Assembly (NCBI GenBank): GCA_037440005.1 | Contig: JBBIUY010000016.1 | Span: 1-57,044 of the forward strand | Length of the DNA stretch: 57,044 bases | Reading direction: 5' to 3' | Source of the DNA: Armatimonadota bacterium | Lineage (GTDB): Bacteria > Sysuimicrobiota > Sysuimicrobiia > Sysuimicrobiales > Kaftiobacteriaceae | Shown: piece after piece, positions 27,655-37,801 of the stretch | Layout of the letters: each line of letters starts with the position of its first letter | Position numbering within the stretch: the stretch's first letter is position 1 | Made by a program: the position numbers and the translations under genes | Notes under the pieces: model-generated | Databases searched by the model: none | Seen by the model: the letters and a program-made list of their open reading frames with translations, nothing else | Told to the model about the DNA's origin: nothing

Positions 27655-28110
27655 ATGGACGAGCAGAAACCCAAAAGCCGCGAGGAGATTCTGGCCGCCA
27701 TCAAGGCCAAGGCGGACGCCATCCGCGCCCAGCGGGCCGCCGCCCCCCCGCAGCCGGCTGCGGCCCCGGCGGCCCCTCTGGAGACCCCGGTGTCGGCGGT
27801 GAACGTCGCCGGCCGCCCGGCGGGCCCGCCCCAGAACCGCCGCATCCGCGCCGTCGCCACCGTCACCCAGGGGGTGGAGCTGACGGCGGAGCGGACCGAA
27901 GAGGAGAACATCAAAAAGCTGCTGGGCGGCCTGGGCGTCTACGCCAACCCCCTGCGGGGCGGGGTGTGGCAGCTGGACTACCGGTACTACGCCGAGGCCA
28001 AGCGGCGCCTCCGGCAGGCTGGCTACGAGATCGAGGAAGACCAGTACGGCCGCGTGCCGCTGGGCGCCTGGACCCCGCACCGGGGAGGGTGGTCGAAGGT
28101 CGAGGACTGA
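27655..28110 (+). CDS. Hypothetical protein (151 aa)
   Basis: SD upstream; protein-like composition and codon pattern; no recognised motif. Confidence 0.75.
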   Translation: MDEQKPKSREEILAAIKAKADAIRAQRAAAPPQPAAAPAAPLETPVSAVNVAGRPAGPPQNRRIRAVATVTQGVELTAERTEEENIKKLLGGLGVYANPLRGGVWQLDYRYYAEAKRRLRQAGYEIEEDQYGRVPLGAWTPHRGGWSKVED

Positions 28111-28138
28111 CGCGCGGGCCCGGCCGCGCGTCCGGGGG

Positions 28139-29263
28139 TCATCGACTCTCCACCTCGACGCCGGTGTAATAATACGTGAGGATCTCCCGGTAGCTGCGTC
28201 CGGCGGCGGCCAGGCCGCGGGCGCCCCACTGGCTGAGGCCCACCCCGTGCCCGCTGCCCCGCCCGGCAAACTCAAAGACCCCGTCCCCCCCGCGGACGGT
28301 GAACAACGTGCTGCGCAGCACGCCGACCCCGACCGCGGCCCGCAGGTCGGTCCCGCGCACCACCAGCGTCCCGTGGGCGCCGCGGATGCGCACGGTCCCG
28401 GCCCGGCCGGACGGGGTGACCTCCGCCACCTGGACCTCGGCGATCCCGGCCACTCCGTAGCCGGCCCGCCGCAGCAGCTCCTCCAGGGACGCGGCGTCCA
28501 GACGGACGACCCAGTGGTGGGCGGGTGACCCCGCACTGTACGGGTCCGGGACGCCCCGCAGGTAGGGATACCGCCCGCCCCACACGTACTCGCTGCTCTC
28601 GGTGTGACCGCCGGAGTCGGAGTGGAAGGCGGCGAAGATGGGCCGGCCCCCGTAGACGACGACCTGCCCCCGGGTGGCCTCCACCGCGGCCGAGGTCCGG
28701 GGATCTTCCACCCCGGCGCCCCCGTAGACCTGGGTGTCGGTGGTGGCCCGCACGTCATAGCCCTCGGCGGCGAAGCGGTTCAGGCTGTGCACCGCCAGGG
28801 TGCGGGCGGCCACCGCCTGGGCCTTCAGCGCCTCCTCCGGCCAGCGGGGATCCACCTCCATGGGCAGCACGCCGTAGAGGTACTCCTCCAGGGGGACCTC
28901 GTTGATCACCACCAGCCGCCCGCCCCCGCGCCGCAGTTCCAGGATCCCCCGGTACGGGCGGATCCCCACGTACAGCAGGGCGCCCTCGTCCGGGGTCAGG
29001 CGGACCGGGTCCTCCCACCGCCCCACCCCGACGACCTCCACGCCCGCCGGCGTCGCCACCGCCTCGTAGGCGCCCGGGTCCAGCCGCAGGGCCAGCGGTC
29101 CGGCGGTCAGCGTCACCGGGCGGTCGCTGAGGACCACCACCCGGTCCTGGTCCCGCAGCAGACCCACGCGGATCGTCGCCGGGGACTGCGCCCGCGCCGG
29201 AAGGTCTGCAGACAGCGCCGCCAGGAGCAGGGCGGCGAGCCCCGCGACCCGGGCGCCCGTCAT
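28139..29263 (-). CDS. SpoIID/LytB domain protein (lytic transglycosylase-like)
   Basis: Signal peptide; LEEYLYGV, EALKAQAVAART, QVYGG, GHGVGLSQWGA. Confidence 0.92.
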   Translation of the reverse strand: MTGARVAGLAALLLAALSADLPARAQSPATIRVGLLRDQDRVVVLSDRPVTLTAGPLALRLDPGAYEAVATPAGVEVVGVGRWEDPVRLTPDEGALLYVGIRPYRGILELRRGGGRLVVINEVPLEEYLYGVLPMEVDPRWPEEALKAQAVAARTLAVHSLNRFAAEGYDVRATTDTQVYGGAGVEDPRTSAAVEATRGQVVVYGGRPIFAAFHSDSGGHTESSEYVWGGRYPYLRGVPDPYSAGSPAHHWVVRLDAASLEELLRRAGYGVAGIAEVQVAEVTPSGRAGTVRIRGAHGTLVVRGTDLRAAVGVGVLRSTLFTVRGGDGVFEFAGRGSGHGVGLSQWGARGLAAAGRSYREILTYYYTGVEVESR

Positions 29264-29472
29264 CGGCGGACGAGCAGGCTGAGGACCACGGTGAGCAGCA
29301 GGCTCAGCACGAGGCTGGTGGCCAGAGGAATGTAGATCACCAGCGAGTCGCGGCGGATCAGGATGTCCCCCGGCAGGCGCGGGAGGCGGCCGACCACGGT
29401 CATCAGCGCCCCCACCACCACCAGGACCACCCCGAACAGGATCAACGTCCGGCCCAGCGACGACATCTCCAC
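29260..29472 (-). CDS. DUF2905 family small membrane protein
   Basis: RLPGDI..YIPLATSLVLS motif; typical neighbour of ruvB. Confidence 0.85.
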   Translation of the reverse strand: MEMSSLGRTLILFGVVLVVVGALMTVVGRLPRLPGDILIRRDSLVIYIPLATSLVLSLLLTVVLSLLVRR

Positions 29473-29492
29473 CGGCGCTCACCCGCCCCAGA

Positions 29493-30515
29493 CTACAGGA
29501 GCTGTCCCTGGCCCCGGCCGGGGTCCGCCGGCAGCCCCAGGTGCTCCAGGGCTGCGGGCGTGATGCGGCGGCCCGCCGGGGTCCGGGTCAAAAATCCGAT
29601 TTTCAGCAGGTAGGGCTCCACGACCTCTTCCAGGGTCTGCGCTTCCTCGTTGAGGGTGGCCGCCAGCGCCTCGATGCCCACCGGCCCGCCCCCGTAGACC
29701 ACCGCGATGGTCCGCAGCAGCTCCCGGTCCAACCCGTCCAGCCCCCGCTCGTCCACCCCTTCGAAGTCCAGCGCCTCGGCCGCCACCGCGGCGGTGATGC
29801 GGCCGTCGGCCCGCACCTGAGCGTAGTCCCGCACCCGGCGCAGCAGCCGGTTGGCGATCCGGGGGGTCCCCCGGGACCGCCGGGCGATGGCCGCGGCGCC
29901 GTCGTCGGTGATGGCGACCCCCAGGATGGCCGCCGACCGCCGGACCACCTGCACCAGCTCGTCGGTGGTGAAGAAGTCCAGGTGGTGGAAGATCCCGAAC
30001 CGCTCCCGCAGGGGGGAGGACAGCAGCCCCGCCCGGGTGGTGGCTCCCACCAGGGTGAACGGGGGCAGCTGGTAGCGCAGGGTGCGGGCGTGGGCGCCCT
30101 TTTCGATGACGAAGTTGACGCAGAAGTCCTCCATGGCCGGGTACAGGAACTCCTCCACCGCCCGGGACAGCCGGTGGATCTCGTCGATGAACAGCACGTC
30201 CCGGGGCTGCAGGTTGGTGAGGATGCCCATCAGGTCTCCGCCGCGTTCTAAGGCCGGCCCGGAGGTGGTCACGATGTTAGCGCCCATCTCCCGGGCGATG
30301 ACGTTGGCCAGGGTGGTCTTGCCCAGCCCCGGAGGCCCGTGCAGCAGCACGTGGTCGAGGGCCTCGCCGCGCTCGCGGGCGGCCTGGATGCTGATGCGCA
30401 GGCCTTCCACCACCCGGGGTTGCCCGATGCACTCGTCCAGGCTCTGGGGGCGCAGGCTGCGCAGGAACTGCTCCTCCGCCGCGGGATCGGGGGCGGGGCG
30501 TTTGGGCGACGGCAT
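29493..30515 (-). CDS. ruvB: Holliday junction branch migration helicase RuvB
   Basis: [44 protein letters not shown]. Confidence 0.97.
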   Translation of the reverse strand: MPSPKRPAPDPAAEEQFLRSLRPQSLDECIGQPRVVEGLRISIQAARERGEALDHVLLHGPPGLGKTTLANVIAREMGANIVTTSGPALERGGDLMGILTNLQPRDVLFIDEIHRLSRAVEEFLYPAMEDFCVNFVIEKGAHARTLRYQLPPFTLVGATTRAGLLSSPLRERFGIFHHLDFFTTDELVQVVRRSAAILGVAITDDGAAAIARRSRGTPRIANRLLRRVRDYAQVRADGRITAAVAAEALDFEGVDERGLDGLDRELLRTIAVVYGGGPVGIEALAATLNEEAQTLEEVVEPYLLKIGFLTRTPAGRRITPAALEHLGLPADPGRGQGQLL

Positions 30516-30539
30516 CCTGTCCTCCTGGCGTGCGCCGTC

Positions 30540-31199
30540 CTACGATCCCCGGCGGGCGTCCTCCGGGGACGGGGCGGCGGGCTCGACGGTGACCCGGTAG
30601 ACTTCCTGGAACAGCTCCTCCGCCGAGGAGATCCCCGGGCGGCGGCGCAGGGCCTCCTCCACCATCCGCCGGGCCTCCGCCATTCGGTGCCCCAGCTGGC
30701 GGGTGAGCACGTCCAGGACCTCGGCCCGGAAGTCCTCATCGGCCGGCCGCGCGGGCGCGGGCGCGCCCTGCAGGAGCGCGTACTTGCCCATCTTGCCGTG
30801 CAGGGCGGCCACGATCTTCTCGGCGGTCCGCGCGCCGATGCCCGGCAGCCGCCGCAGGAACTGCACGTCCTTGCGCTCGATGGCGTCGGCGATGACGTGG
30901 ATGGGGTGGACAATGGCCTTCATGGCCTTGGTGGGCCCCAGCCCGTCCACGGTGATGAAGCGCTCGAAGAACTCCTGCTCCACCTCGTGGAGAAAGCCGA
31001 TGAGCAGCGGGCGGGGCTGGTTCTGGGTGGCGTGGTAGGAGATATACAGCTCCACCACCGGCGCCTCCCCGTCCCGGACCGGCGGCAGGGCCCGGGCCAC
31101 CACCGCCGGCAGGTGCACCTCGTAGCCCACCCCGCCCGCCTCCACCACCACCACGTCGCCGGCGCGCCGGCGCAGGGCGCCCCGCAGGAAGGCGATCAC
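30540..31199 (-). CDS. ruvA: Holliday junction binding protein RuvA
   Basis: IAFLRG, GGVGYEV, HhH motifs VDGLGP and LPGIGARTAEKI. Confidence 0.93.
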   Translation of the reverse strand: MIAFLRGALRRRAGDVVVVEAGGVGYEVHLPAVVARALPPVRDGEAPVVELYISYHATQNQPRPLLIGFLHEVEQEFFERFITVDGLGPTKAMKAIVHPIHVIADAIERKDVQFLRRLPGIGARTAEKIVAALHGKMGKYALLQGAPAPARPADEDFRAEVLDVLTRQLGHRMAEARRMVEEALRRRPGISSAEELFQEVYRVTVEPAAPSPEDARRGS

Positions 31200-31702
31200 C
31201 GGACCACCCCGACGGCCCGGGGCCGCAGCGGGACGCCCCGGCGGGACAGGGCCGTCAGCGAGATCGCCACGGCGTCCGCCACGTGGGAGTCGGCCGGCGC
31301 CGCTCTGCGCAGCAGCCGCCCCACCGCCGCCTGGACCTGCGCCTTGCTGGCCCCCCCGAACCCCGCCACCGCCTGCTTGACCGCGGCCGGGGGCAGGGCG
31401 GTGACCTCCACGTCCGCCTCCGCCGCGGCCAGACACACCACCCCCCGGACGTGGCCCATCAGGATGGCGGTGCGGGGGGAGGAGCGGGCGGTGTACAGGT
31501 CCTCCACCGCCACCTGGCCGGGACGGTGCCGCTGCAGAACCTCCCGCAGGCCCCGGTAGATGGTCTGCAGGCGCCGGGAAAGCGGCGCCCCCTCGTCGGT
31601 CCGGATCAGGCCGCTGTCCACCAGCTCCACGCCGTCGGCGCGGCCCCGCAGCAGCGCGTAGCCGGTCCGCCGCAGCCCCGGATCGACTCCCAGCACCAGC
31701 AT
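31196..31702 (-). CDS. ruvC: Crossover junction endodeoxyribonuclease RuvC
   Basis: LGVDPG..TGY, AVED, VKQAVAGFGGASKAQV, ADAVAI. Confidence 0.95.
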   Translation of the reverse strand: MLVLGVDPGLRRTGYALLRGRADGVELVDSGLIRTDEGAPLSRRLQTIYRGLREVLQRHRPGQVAVEDLYTARSSPRTAILMGHVRGVVCLAAAEADVEVTALPPAAVKQAVAGFGGASKAQVQAAVGRLLRRAAPADSHVADAVAISLTALSRRGVPLRPRAVGVVR

Positions 31703-31705
31703 GGT

Positions 31706-31719
31706 CGAACCTGTGTTCG
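31706..31719. promoter_or_regulatory. LexA (SOS) box of the GAAC-N4-GTTC type
   Basis: CGAAC-CTGT-GTTCG palindrome between the -10 element and the ruvC start. Confidence 0.8.
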
Positions 31720-31720
31720 C

Positions 31721-31729
31721 ATTATACCA
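31721..31729 (-). promoter_or_regulatory. Extended -10 promoter (TGgTATAAT) for ruvCAB
   Basis: Perfect TATAAT with TG extension, immediately upstream of the LexA box. Confidence 0.65.
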
Positions 31730-31835
31730 CGGCCGAAAAGTCATGCCAGCAGGGAAGTTCGCGCCCCCTCCCCCCGCCCCCTGGGCGCGCCGGTCGCGGC
31801 GTCCGAGGGGGATGTGCGGGGCGCACACGCGGAGC

Positions 31836-32582
31836 TCAGCTGACCTGCTGAAGGATCTCGTCGGGGATGTCGAAGTTGGCGTAGGCGCGCTGGACGTCGT
31901 CGTGGTCTTCCAGCGCTTCGATCAGGCGCAGGACCCGGCGGGCGTCCTCCCCCTCCACCCGCACCGTGGACTTGGGGACGAGGGTGATGTCGGCCGACTG
32001 CAGGGGGATCCCCGCCCCTTCCAGCGCCTGCTTGACCGCGTAGAACTTCTCCGGGGCGGTGACGATCTCGTAGACGTCCCCGGAGGTCCGCACGTCGTCC
32101 GCGCCCGCCTCCAGGGCCGCCAGCAGCAGGTCGTCCTCGCTGGCCCGGGACCGCTCGACGGTGAGGAGCCCGCGGCGGTCGAACATCCACGCCACCGACC
32201 CCGCCTCGCTGAGGGAGCCCCCGTGCTTGGTGAACAGGCTGCGGATCTCGCTGGCGGCGCGGTTGCGGTTGTCGGTCAGGACCTCCACCAGCACCGCCAC
32301 GCCCCCCGGGGCGTAGCCCTCGTAGATCACCGTCTCGTAGGTGGCGCCCTCCAGGGCTCCGGTGCCCCGCTGGATCGCCCGCTGGATGTTGTCGTTGGGC
32401 ATGCCGGCGTCCCGGGCGCGCTCGATGGCCGTGCGCAGCCGCGGGTTGGCGTCGGGGTTCCCGCCGCCCTCCCGGGCCGCCACGGTGATCTCCCGGGCCA
32501 GCTTGCTGAACAGCTTGCCCCGCACCAGGTCGGCCTTCTGCTTGCGGATGCGGATGTTGTGCCACTTGGAGTGACCGGACAT
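31836..32582 (-). CDS. yebC: YebC/PmpR family protein
   Basis: MSGHSKWHNI, NPRLR, YEGYAPGGVA, TDNRNR, EDHDDVQ. Confidence 0.96.
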   Translation of the reverse strand: MSGHSKWHNIRIRKQKADLVRGKLFSKLAREITVAAREGGGNPDANPRLRTAIERARDAGMPNDNIQRAIQRGTGALEGATYETVIYEGYAPGGVAVLVEVLTDNRNRAASEIRSLFTKHGGSLSEAGSVAWMFDRRGLLTVERSRASEDDLLLAALEAGADDVRTSGDVYEIVTAPEKFYAVKQALEGAGIPLQSADITLVPKSTVRVEGEDARRVLRLIEALEDHDDVQRAYANFDIPDEILQQVS

Positions 32583-32633
32583 GGCCTGCGCCCCCGTCCC
32601 ATTGTACTACCGGCCGCCGCCGGCCGACAGCAC

Positions 32634-35000
32634 CTACCTCTCCGTCACGATCAGGGTGGTCGCGGCCCGGCCCCCGTCGGGGGTGGTGGCGGTGACGGTG
32701 ATCACGTACTGGACGCCGCTGAGTCGCAGCGGGGGCCGGAACAGGTACGCGAACCGTCCGTCGTTGGTGACCGGGATGCGGGTCTCGGCGGTGGTCTGCC
32801 GGACGCCCCCGCCCCGCACCGCCACCTGCAGGTTCACCGTGGCGTCGGGGTGGGTCAGCCCCTCGATCACAAACGGCGAGGACACCACCTGGCCCTGGAC
32901 GGGGCTGGTGATGGTCAGCGGAACCGCCGCCACCACCGGGCCGTTCTCCCCGGCCGGAGGCGGGCTGACGTCGTACTCGGTGGGCTCGGTGCCGCGCACG
33001 AACACCTCCCGGCGGGGGTCCGGGCACTGGCTGGTGGCCAGCCGGCCGGAGGTGCCGCAGACCGTCGCCACCACCACCCCCTCCGGCGGGGTCCAGTCCT
33101 CGGGCGGCAGGTCCGCCAGGGCCGCCCGCATGAACGCCGCCCAGATGCGGGCCGGCACCGTCCCCCCCACCACCCGCCGCATGGGGGTGTTGTCGTCGTT
33201 GCCCACCCACACCGCGGCCACCAGGCGCGGGGTGTAGCCGATGAACCAGGCGTTGCGGTAGTCGTCGGTGGTCCCGGTCTTGCCGGCCGCGGGCCGGCCG
33301 ATGTTGGCGGCGGTGCCGGTGCCGCGCAGGATGACCCCCTTGAGCAGGTCAGTGAGCACGTAGGCCACGTCCGCGCTGAGAGCCAGCTGGCGACGGGGCG
33401 TGCGCTCCTCCAGGACCCGCCCGTCCCTGTCCACCACCTTGACTACCCCAAACGGATCTGCGTGGATACCCAGGGTGGCCAGGGTGCCGTAGGCGCTGGC
33501 CATCTCCAGGGGCGTGACCTCGTTGGTGCCCAGGGCCAGGGACAGGACCGGCTCCAGGGGGCTGGTGATCCCCATGCGCCGGGCCGTGTCGATCACCGCC
33601 TGGGGGCCCACTTCGGCCAGCGTCTTGATGGCCGGGATGTTGATGGAGTTCTCCAGGGCGTACCGCAGCGTCACCGGCCCCCGGAAGGTCCCATCGTAGT
33701 TGCGGGGGGTCCAGATGCGGTCTTCCGGCCGCACGGTGCCCCGGATCTCGTAGGTGACCGGCTCGTCCACGATGATCCGCGTCGGCGGGATGCCCCGGGC
33801 CAGCGCCGTGGCGTAGATGAACGGCTTGAACGCCGAGCCGGGCTGGCGGCGCGCCTGCCAGGCGCGGTTGAACTGGCTGGAGACGAAGTCGTACCCGCCG
33901 ATCATGGCCCGGATGGCGCCGGTGGCCGGGTCCAGGGCCACCAGGGCCCCCTGGGAGACGTGGAGGTTCTGGCGGCGGGCCTCGTCCAGCCCGGCCCGCA
34001 CCGCCTTCTCGGCGGCGGCCTGCAGACGCGGGTCTAAGGTGGTGTAGACCCGCAGCCCGCCGCTGTAGACGGCGTCCTCCCCGTAGCGCGCCAGCAGGTC
34101 CGGCAGGATGTACGACACAAAGTACGGGGCCCGGATGCCCAGCAGGCCGGCGTTGCGGGTGGCGGCCAGGTGCAGGGGCTGCCCGGCGGCGGCCCGGGCC
34201 TGGTCGGCGGTGAGGTAGCCCAGCTCGGCCATCCGCCGCAGGACCAGCCGCTGGCGCTCCAGGGCCAGGGGGAGGTTCTGGAAGGGGTTGTACACCGACG
34301 GCGCCCGGATGATCCCGGCCAGCAGGGCGCTCTCCGCCAGGGTCAGCTGGCGGGCCGGCTTGCCGAAGTACACCTGGGAGGCCAGCTCCACCCCGTAGGC
34401 GCCGTTGCCGAAGTACACCTGGTTGAGGTAGCGCTCCAGGATCTCGTCTTTGGTGAGCCGGCGCTCGATCTCCAGCGCCAGCATCATCTCCGCCACCTTG
34501 CGGCTGAGGACGCGCTTCTGGCTGAGGAAGACGGCCCGGGCCAGCTGCTGGGTGATGGTGCTGCCGCCCTCGCGGATCTCCCCGGCCAGCAGGTTGCGCC
34601 AGACCGCCCGCAGGGTCCCGCGCAGGTCCACCCCGTGGTGGCGGTAGAACCGTTCATCCTCGATGGCGATGACGGCCTGGCGCAGGGAGAGGGGGATCTC
34701 GTCCAGCGGCACGAACTCCCGGTTCTCCCGGAACAGGCTGGCGATCACCTCCCCGGTGGCCGCGTACACCCGGGTGGCCTCGCTGGGCGGGGCGTACAGG
34801 GTGGAGACGTCGGGCAGGTTGCGGGAAAACGCCAGGGCCATGCCGGCCACCACGCCGGCGGCGACGACCGCCAGGATCCCCCCGGCCACGACCGCCGCGG
34901 CCAGCAGCCCCACCCACCCCTTGGGCCCCCAGGGCGGGCGCGGCCCCCGCTGCCGGAGGGTCGGAGAGAACGCAGGGTAACGGCGCGTGTGCCCGGACAT
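32634..35000 (-). CDS. Class A penicillin-binding protein (PBP1A family)
   Basis: Transglycosylase EDERFYRHHG, GGSTITQQL, RKVAE; transpeptidase PGSAFK, SIN, KTGT. Start uncertain. Confidence 0.93.
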   Translation of the reverse strand: MSGHTRRYPAFSPTLRQRGPRPPWGPKGWVGLLAAAVVAGGILAVVAAGVVAGMALAFSRNLPDVSTLYAPPSEATRVYAATGEVIASLFRENREFVPLDEIPLSLRQAVIAIEDERFYRHHGVDLRGTLRAVWRNLLAGEIREGGSTITQQLARAVFLSQKRVLSRKVAEMMLALEIERRLTKDEILERYLNQVYFGNGAYGVELASQVYFGKPARQLTLAESALLAGIIRAPSVYNPFQNLPLALERQRLVLRRMAELGYLTADQARAAAGQPLHLAATRNAGLLGIRAPYFVSYILPDLLARYGEDAVYSGGLRVYTTLDPRLQAAAEKAVRAGLDEARRQNLHVSQGALVALDPATGAIRAMIGGYDFVSSQFNRAWQARRQPGSAFKPFIYATALARGIPPTRIIVDEPVTYEIRGTVRPEDRIWTPRNYDGTFRGPVTLRYALENSINIPAIKTLAEVGPQAVIDTARRMGITSPLEPVLSLALGTNEVTPLEMASAYGTLATLGIHADPFGVVKVVDRDGRVLEERTPRRQLALSADVAYVLTDLLKGVILRGTGTAANIGRPAAGKTGTTDDYRNAWFIGYTPRLVAAVWVGNDDNTPMRRVVGGTVPARIWAAFMRAALADLPPEDWTPPEGVVVATVCGTSGRLATSQCPDPRREVFVRGTEPTEYDVSPPPAGENGPVVAAVPLTITSPVQGQVVSSPFVIEGLTHPDATVNLQVAVRGGGVRQTTAETRIPVTNDGRFAYLFRPPLRLSGVQYVITVTATTPDGGRAATTLIVTER

Positions 35001-35262
35001 GGACCCATCCGTCCGCCGGTCATCCTCGCCCCGACGGACCGCGTTCATTGTAGCACCGTCGGGGGAAGAGCCCGTCCGCGGGCCATACCGTCCCAGACCC
35101 CGTGGGCCGGTGCCTGGCACCGGGGGGTCGCCCGCCCTCATTCAAGCACAGCGGGCGGGCCGGCGCATTGGCCCATCTGAGTCATCGGCGGGCACGCCGG
35201 CGTGGACGGGGTGGGGAGGACTCCCTATAATACAAGACGCGCGGGATCTCCCCGCGGTGGGT

Positions 35263-35338
35263 GGGGACGTAGCTCAGCTGGGAGAGCGCCGCACTCGCAT
35301 TGCGGAGGTCGGGGGTTCGAATCCCCTCGTCTCCACCA
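35263..35338 (+). tRNA. tRNA-Ala (anticodon CGC)
   Basis: 76-nt cloverleaf, G3:U70 pair, anticodon loop CT-CGC-AT, TTCGAAT T-loop, encoded CCA; TATAAT at 35227-35232. Confidence 0.97.
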
Positions 35339-35410
35339 CGGTTTGCGCTTCAAGACAGCCGATGCCTGACAGCTGGTCTTCCCGGGTATCTCCTGTAAGG
35401 GCGACGAACC

Positions 35411-35710
35411 ATGAGCGGACACCCGTGGCGAGCAGCCGTTCTCTCGGTGCTCTGCCCCGGCCTCGGCCAGGTGTACAACCGCCAGATCACAAAGGCCGTG
35501 CTGTGCTTTGTCGGCTACATCGTTCCCCTGACGGTTTCGTCCCGAATCGGGCCCATGCTGTGGGAGGCGGTCCGGCAGGGTCGGGAGCTGGCCGCCGGAT
35601 CCCCGCCGTTCTGGGCGTTATTCTGGACCCGCGGCGCGGCTATCGCCATCGGCCTCGCGGTGCTGGTCTACTCCGCCGTAGACTCCTACCGCACCGCACG
35701 CCGGATGTGA
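35411..35710 (+). CDS. Small membrane protein with an S..PGLGQ.Y motif (DUF5683/TM2-like)
   Basis: AAVLSVLCPGLGQVYN..KA, two further TM helices, SAVDSY. Confidence 0.7.
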   Translation: MSGHPWRAAVLSVLCPGLGQVYNRQITKAVLCFVGYIVPLTVSSRIGPMLWEAVRQGRELAAGSPPFWALFWTRGAAIAIGLAVLVYSAVDSYRTARRM

Positions 35711-35814
35711 CCTGACGGCCCCTCAGGAGGCGGTCCGCTGCAGCCTCATCCGATCCGGTCTTCCGCCTCCGCCGTCTCCGAACACCACATCTCGGGTGGT
35801 TCCGACGCCGTCCA

Positions 35815-37053
35815 TTACTCGTACCGCAGCGCCTCCACCGGGTCCAGCCGCGACGCCCGCCAGGCCGGGTAGACCCCGAAGGCGATCCCCACCGCCACCG
35901 AGAACCCGAACGCCAGCGCCACCACCGGCAGCGCCGACGCCACCGTGGGCAGGCTGCCGAACAGCCGCGCGGCGATCGTCCACGACAGGGCCAGCCCCGC
36001 CAGCATGCCCAGGAAGCCTCCCACCAGGCTGACCACCACCGCCTCCACCAGAAACTGCAGCAGGATGTGCCGCCGGCGGGCCCCCACCGCCATGCGGATG
36101 CCGATCTCCCGGGTGCGTTCGGTCACCGACACCAGCATGATGTTCATGATGCCGATGCCGCCCACCACCAGGGAGATCCCGGCGATGCTGGACAGGGCCA
36201 CGGTGAGGATGCGGAAGATGGCGTCCAGGGAGCCGAGCAGCTGGCTCTGGGTCAGCACCGTGAAATCTTCCTCGCCCCGGTGCTGCCGCAACAGCACCCG
36301 CTGCACCGCCCGCCGGGTCTCCCCCACCCTCTGCGGGTCGGGGGCCTTCACGAAGAAGAAGGTGGCGTAGTTGAGGTTGAAGATCTGCTGGGCGGTGGTG
36401 AAGGGGATGTAGGCGCGGTCGTCCAGGTCCAGCCCCAGGATCGAGCCCTCCGGCCGCAGCACCCCCACCACCTCGAACGCCCTCCCGCTGAGGACAAACC
36501 GCCGGCCCACCGCGGCCTGGGGATTGCGGTACAGCCGGCGGGCCAGGGTGTCGCCCAGCACCGCCACCCGCTTGCGCCGGACCAGGTCGGCGTCCTCCAG
36601 GAACCGCCCGGCCGCCAGCGTCAGCCGGCGGGCCATGTACAGGTCGGGGGTGGTGCCGACCACGGTGGTGGTCCAGGCCCGGGACGCGGCCGCCACCTCG
36701 ATCTGGGTCTGCAGGACCGGCGCCACCGCCGCGATGGGCCCCCGGTGAGCGGCCAGGGCCAGCGCGTCGTCGTAGGTCAGGGTCAACCGGCCCTCCTCCG
36801 CCGGGGCGGAGCCGAACTGGCCCTCCTTGGCCTTGCCGGGCAGCACCCACAGCAGGTCCGGACCCAGGCTGGCGAACTCGCCGACCACGCTGCTGCGGGC
36901 CGCCTGCCCGACCGACACCAAGGCGATGACCGCCGCCACGCCGATGATGACGCCCAGCGCCGTCAGGACCGACCGCAGGGGGGTGGCGCGCAGAGCCGCC
37001 ACCGCCACCTCCAGCGCGTCCAGCACCTCCACCGCCGCAGGTGCGCGCCGCAC
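35815..37053 (-). CDS. MacB/FtsX-like ABC transporter permease
   Basis: [46 protein letters not shown]. Confidence 0.93.
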   Translation of the reverse strand: MRRAPAAVEVLDALEVAVAALRATPLRSVLTALGVIIGVAAVIALVSVGQAARSSVVGEFASLGPDLLWVLPGKAKEGQFGSAPAEEGRLTLTYDDALALAAHRGPIAAVAPVLQTQIEVAAASRAWTTTVVGTTPDLYMARRLTLAAGRFLEDADLVRRKRVAVLGDTLARRLYRNPQAAVGRRFVLSGRAFEVVGVLRPEGSILGLDLDDRAYIPFTTAQQIFNLNYATFFFVKAPDPQRVGETRRAVQRVLLRQHRGEEDFTVLTQSQLLGSLDAIFRILTVALSSIAGISLVVGGIGIMNIMLVSVTERTREIGIRMAVGARRRHILLQFLVEAVVVSLVGGFLGMLAGLALSWTIAARLFGSLPTVASALPVVALAFGFSVAVGIAFGVYPAWRASRLDPVEALRYE

Positions 37054-37063
37054 CGCCCGCCTC

Positions 37064-37801
37064 CTACGCTCCGCCCCCGGGCGGCGCGGCCAACGCCTGG
37101 GCGGCCCGGCGCGGGTGGGGCACGGGACGGTCTGCGACGATCCGCCCGTCGCGCAGGGTGACGATCCGCCGGGCGTGCTCGGCCACCTCCGGGTCGTGGG
37201 TGACCAGAGCCACGGTGATGCCCCGGGCGTTGAGGTCCTGAAACAGGGCGAGGATTTCCATCCCCGAGCGGCTGTCCAGGTTGCCGGTGGGCTCGTCGGC
37301 GAGGATGATGGCCGGCTCGGTCACCAGCGCCCGGGCGATGGCCACCCGCTGCTGCTCGCCGCCGGACAGCTCCGCGGGCGTGTGGTGCAACCGCTGGCCC
37401 AGCCCCACCTGCTCCAGGGCCCGCTCGGCCCGGGCCCGCCGCTCGGCGGCGCTCACCCCCGCGTAGATGAGGGGAACCTCCACGTTCCGCAGGGCGCTGA
37501 AGCGCGGCAGCAGGTTGTACATCTGGAACACGAAGCCGATGCGGCGGTTGCGGATGTGGGCCAGCTCGTCGTCGTCGAGGCCGCTCACGTCGCGGCCGTC
37601 CAGCAGGTAGCGGCCGCCGGTGGGACGGTCCAGGCAGCCCATCAGGTTCATCAGGGTGGACTTGCCCGACCCCGAGGGGCCCATGATGGCCACGAACTCG
37701 CCCGGGCCGATCTCCAGGCTCACCCCCCGCAAAGCCGGCACCTCGACCCGACCCAGGCGGTAGACCTTGGTGACGTCCTCCATGCGGACGACCGGCGTCA
37801 T
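37064..37801 (-). CDS. ABC transporter ATP-binding protein (MacB/LolD-like)
   Basis: [28 protein letters not shown]. Confidence 0.95.
   Translation of the reverse strand: MTPVVRMEDVTKVYRLGRVEVPALRGVSLEIGPGEFVAIMGPSGSGKSTLMNLMGCLDRPTGGRYLLDGRDVSGLDDDELAHIRNRRIGFVFQMYNLLPRFSALRNVEVPLIYAGVSAAERRARAERALEQVGLGQRLHHTPAELSGGEQQRVAIARALVTEPAIILADEPTGNLDSRSGMEILALFQDLNARGITVALVTHDPEVAEHARRIVTLRDGRIVADRPVPHPRRAAQALAAPPGGGA

Noticed and set aside
28139..29263. Sporulation capacity inferred from SpoIID and YaaH-like GH18 genes
   Set aside because: Both families are widespread in non-sporulating bacteria; no spo regulators are present.
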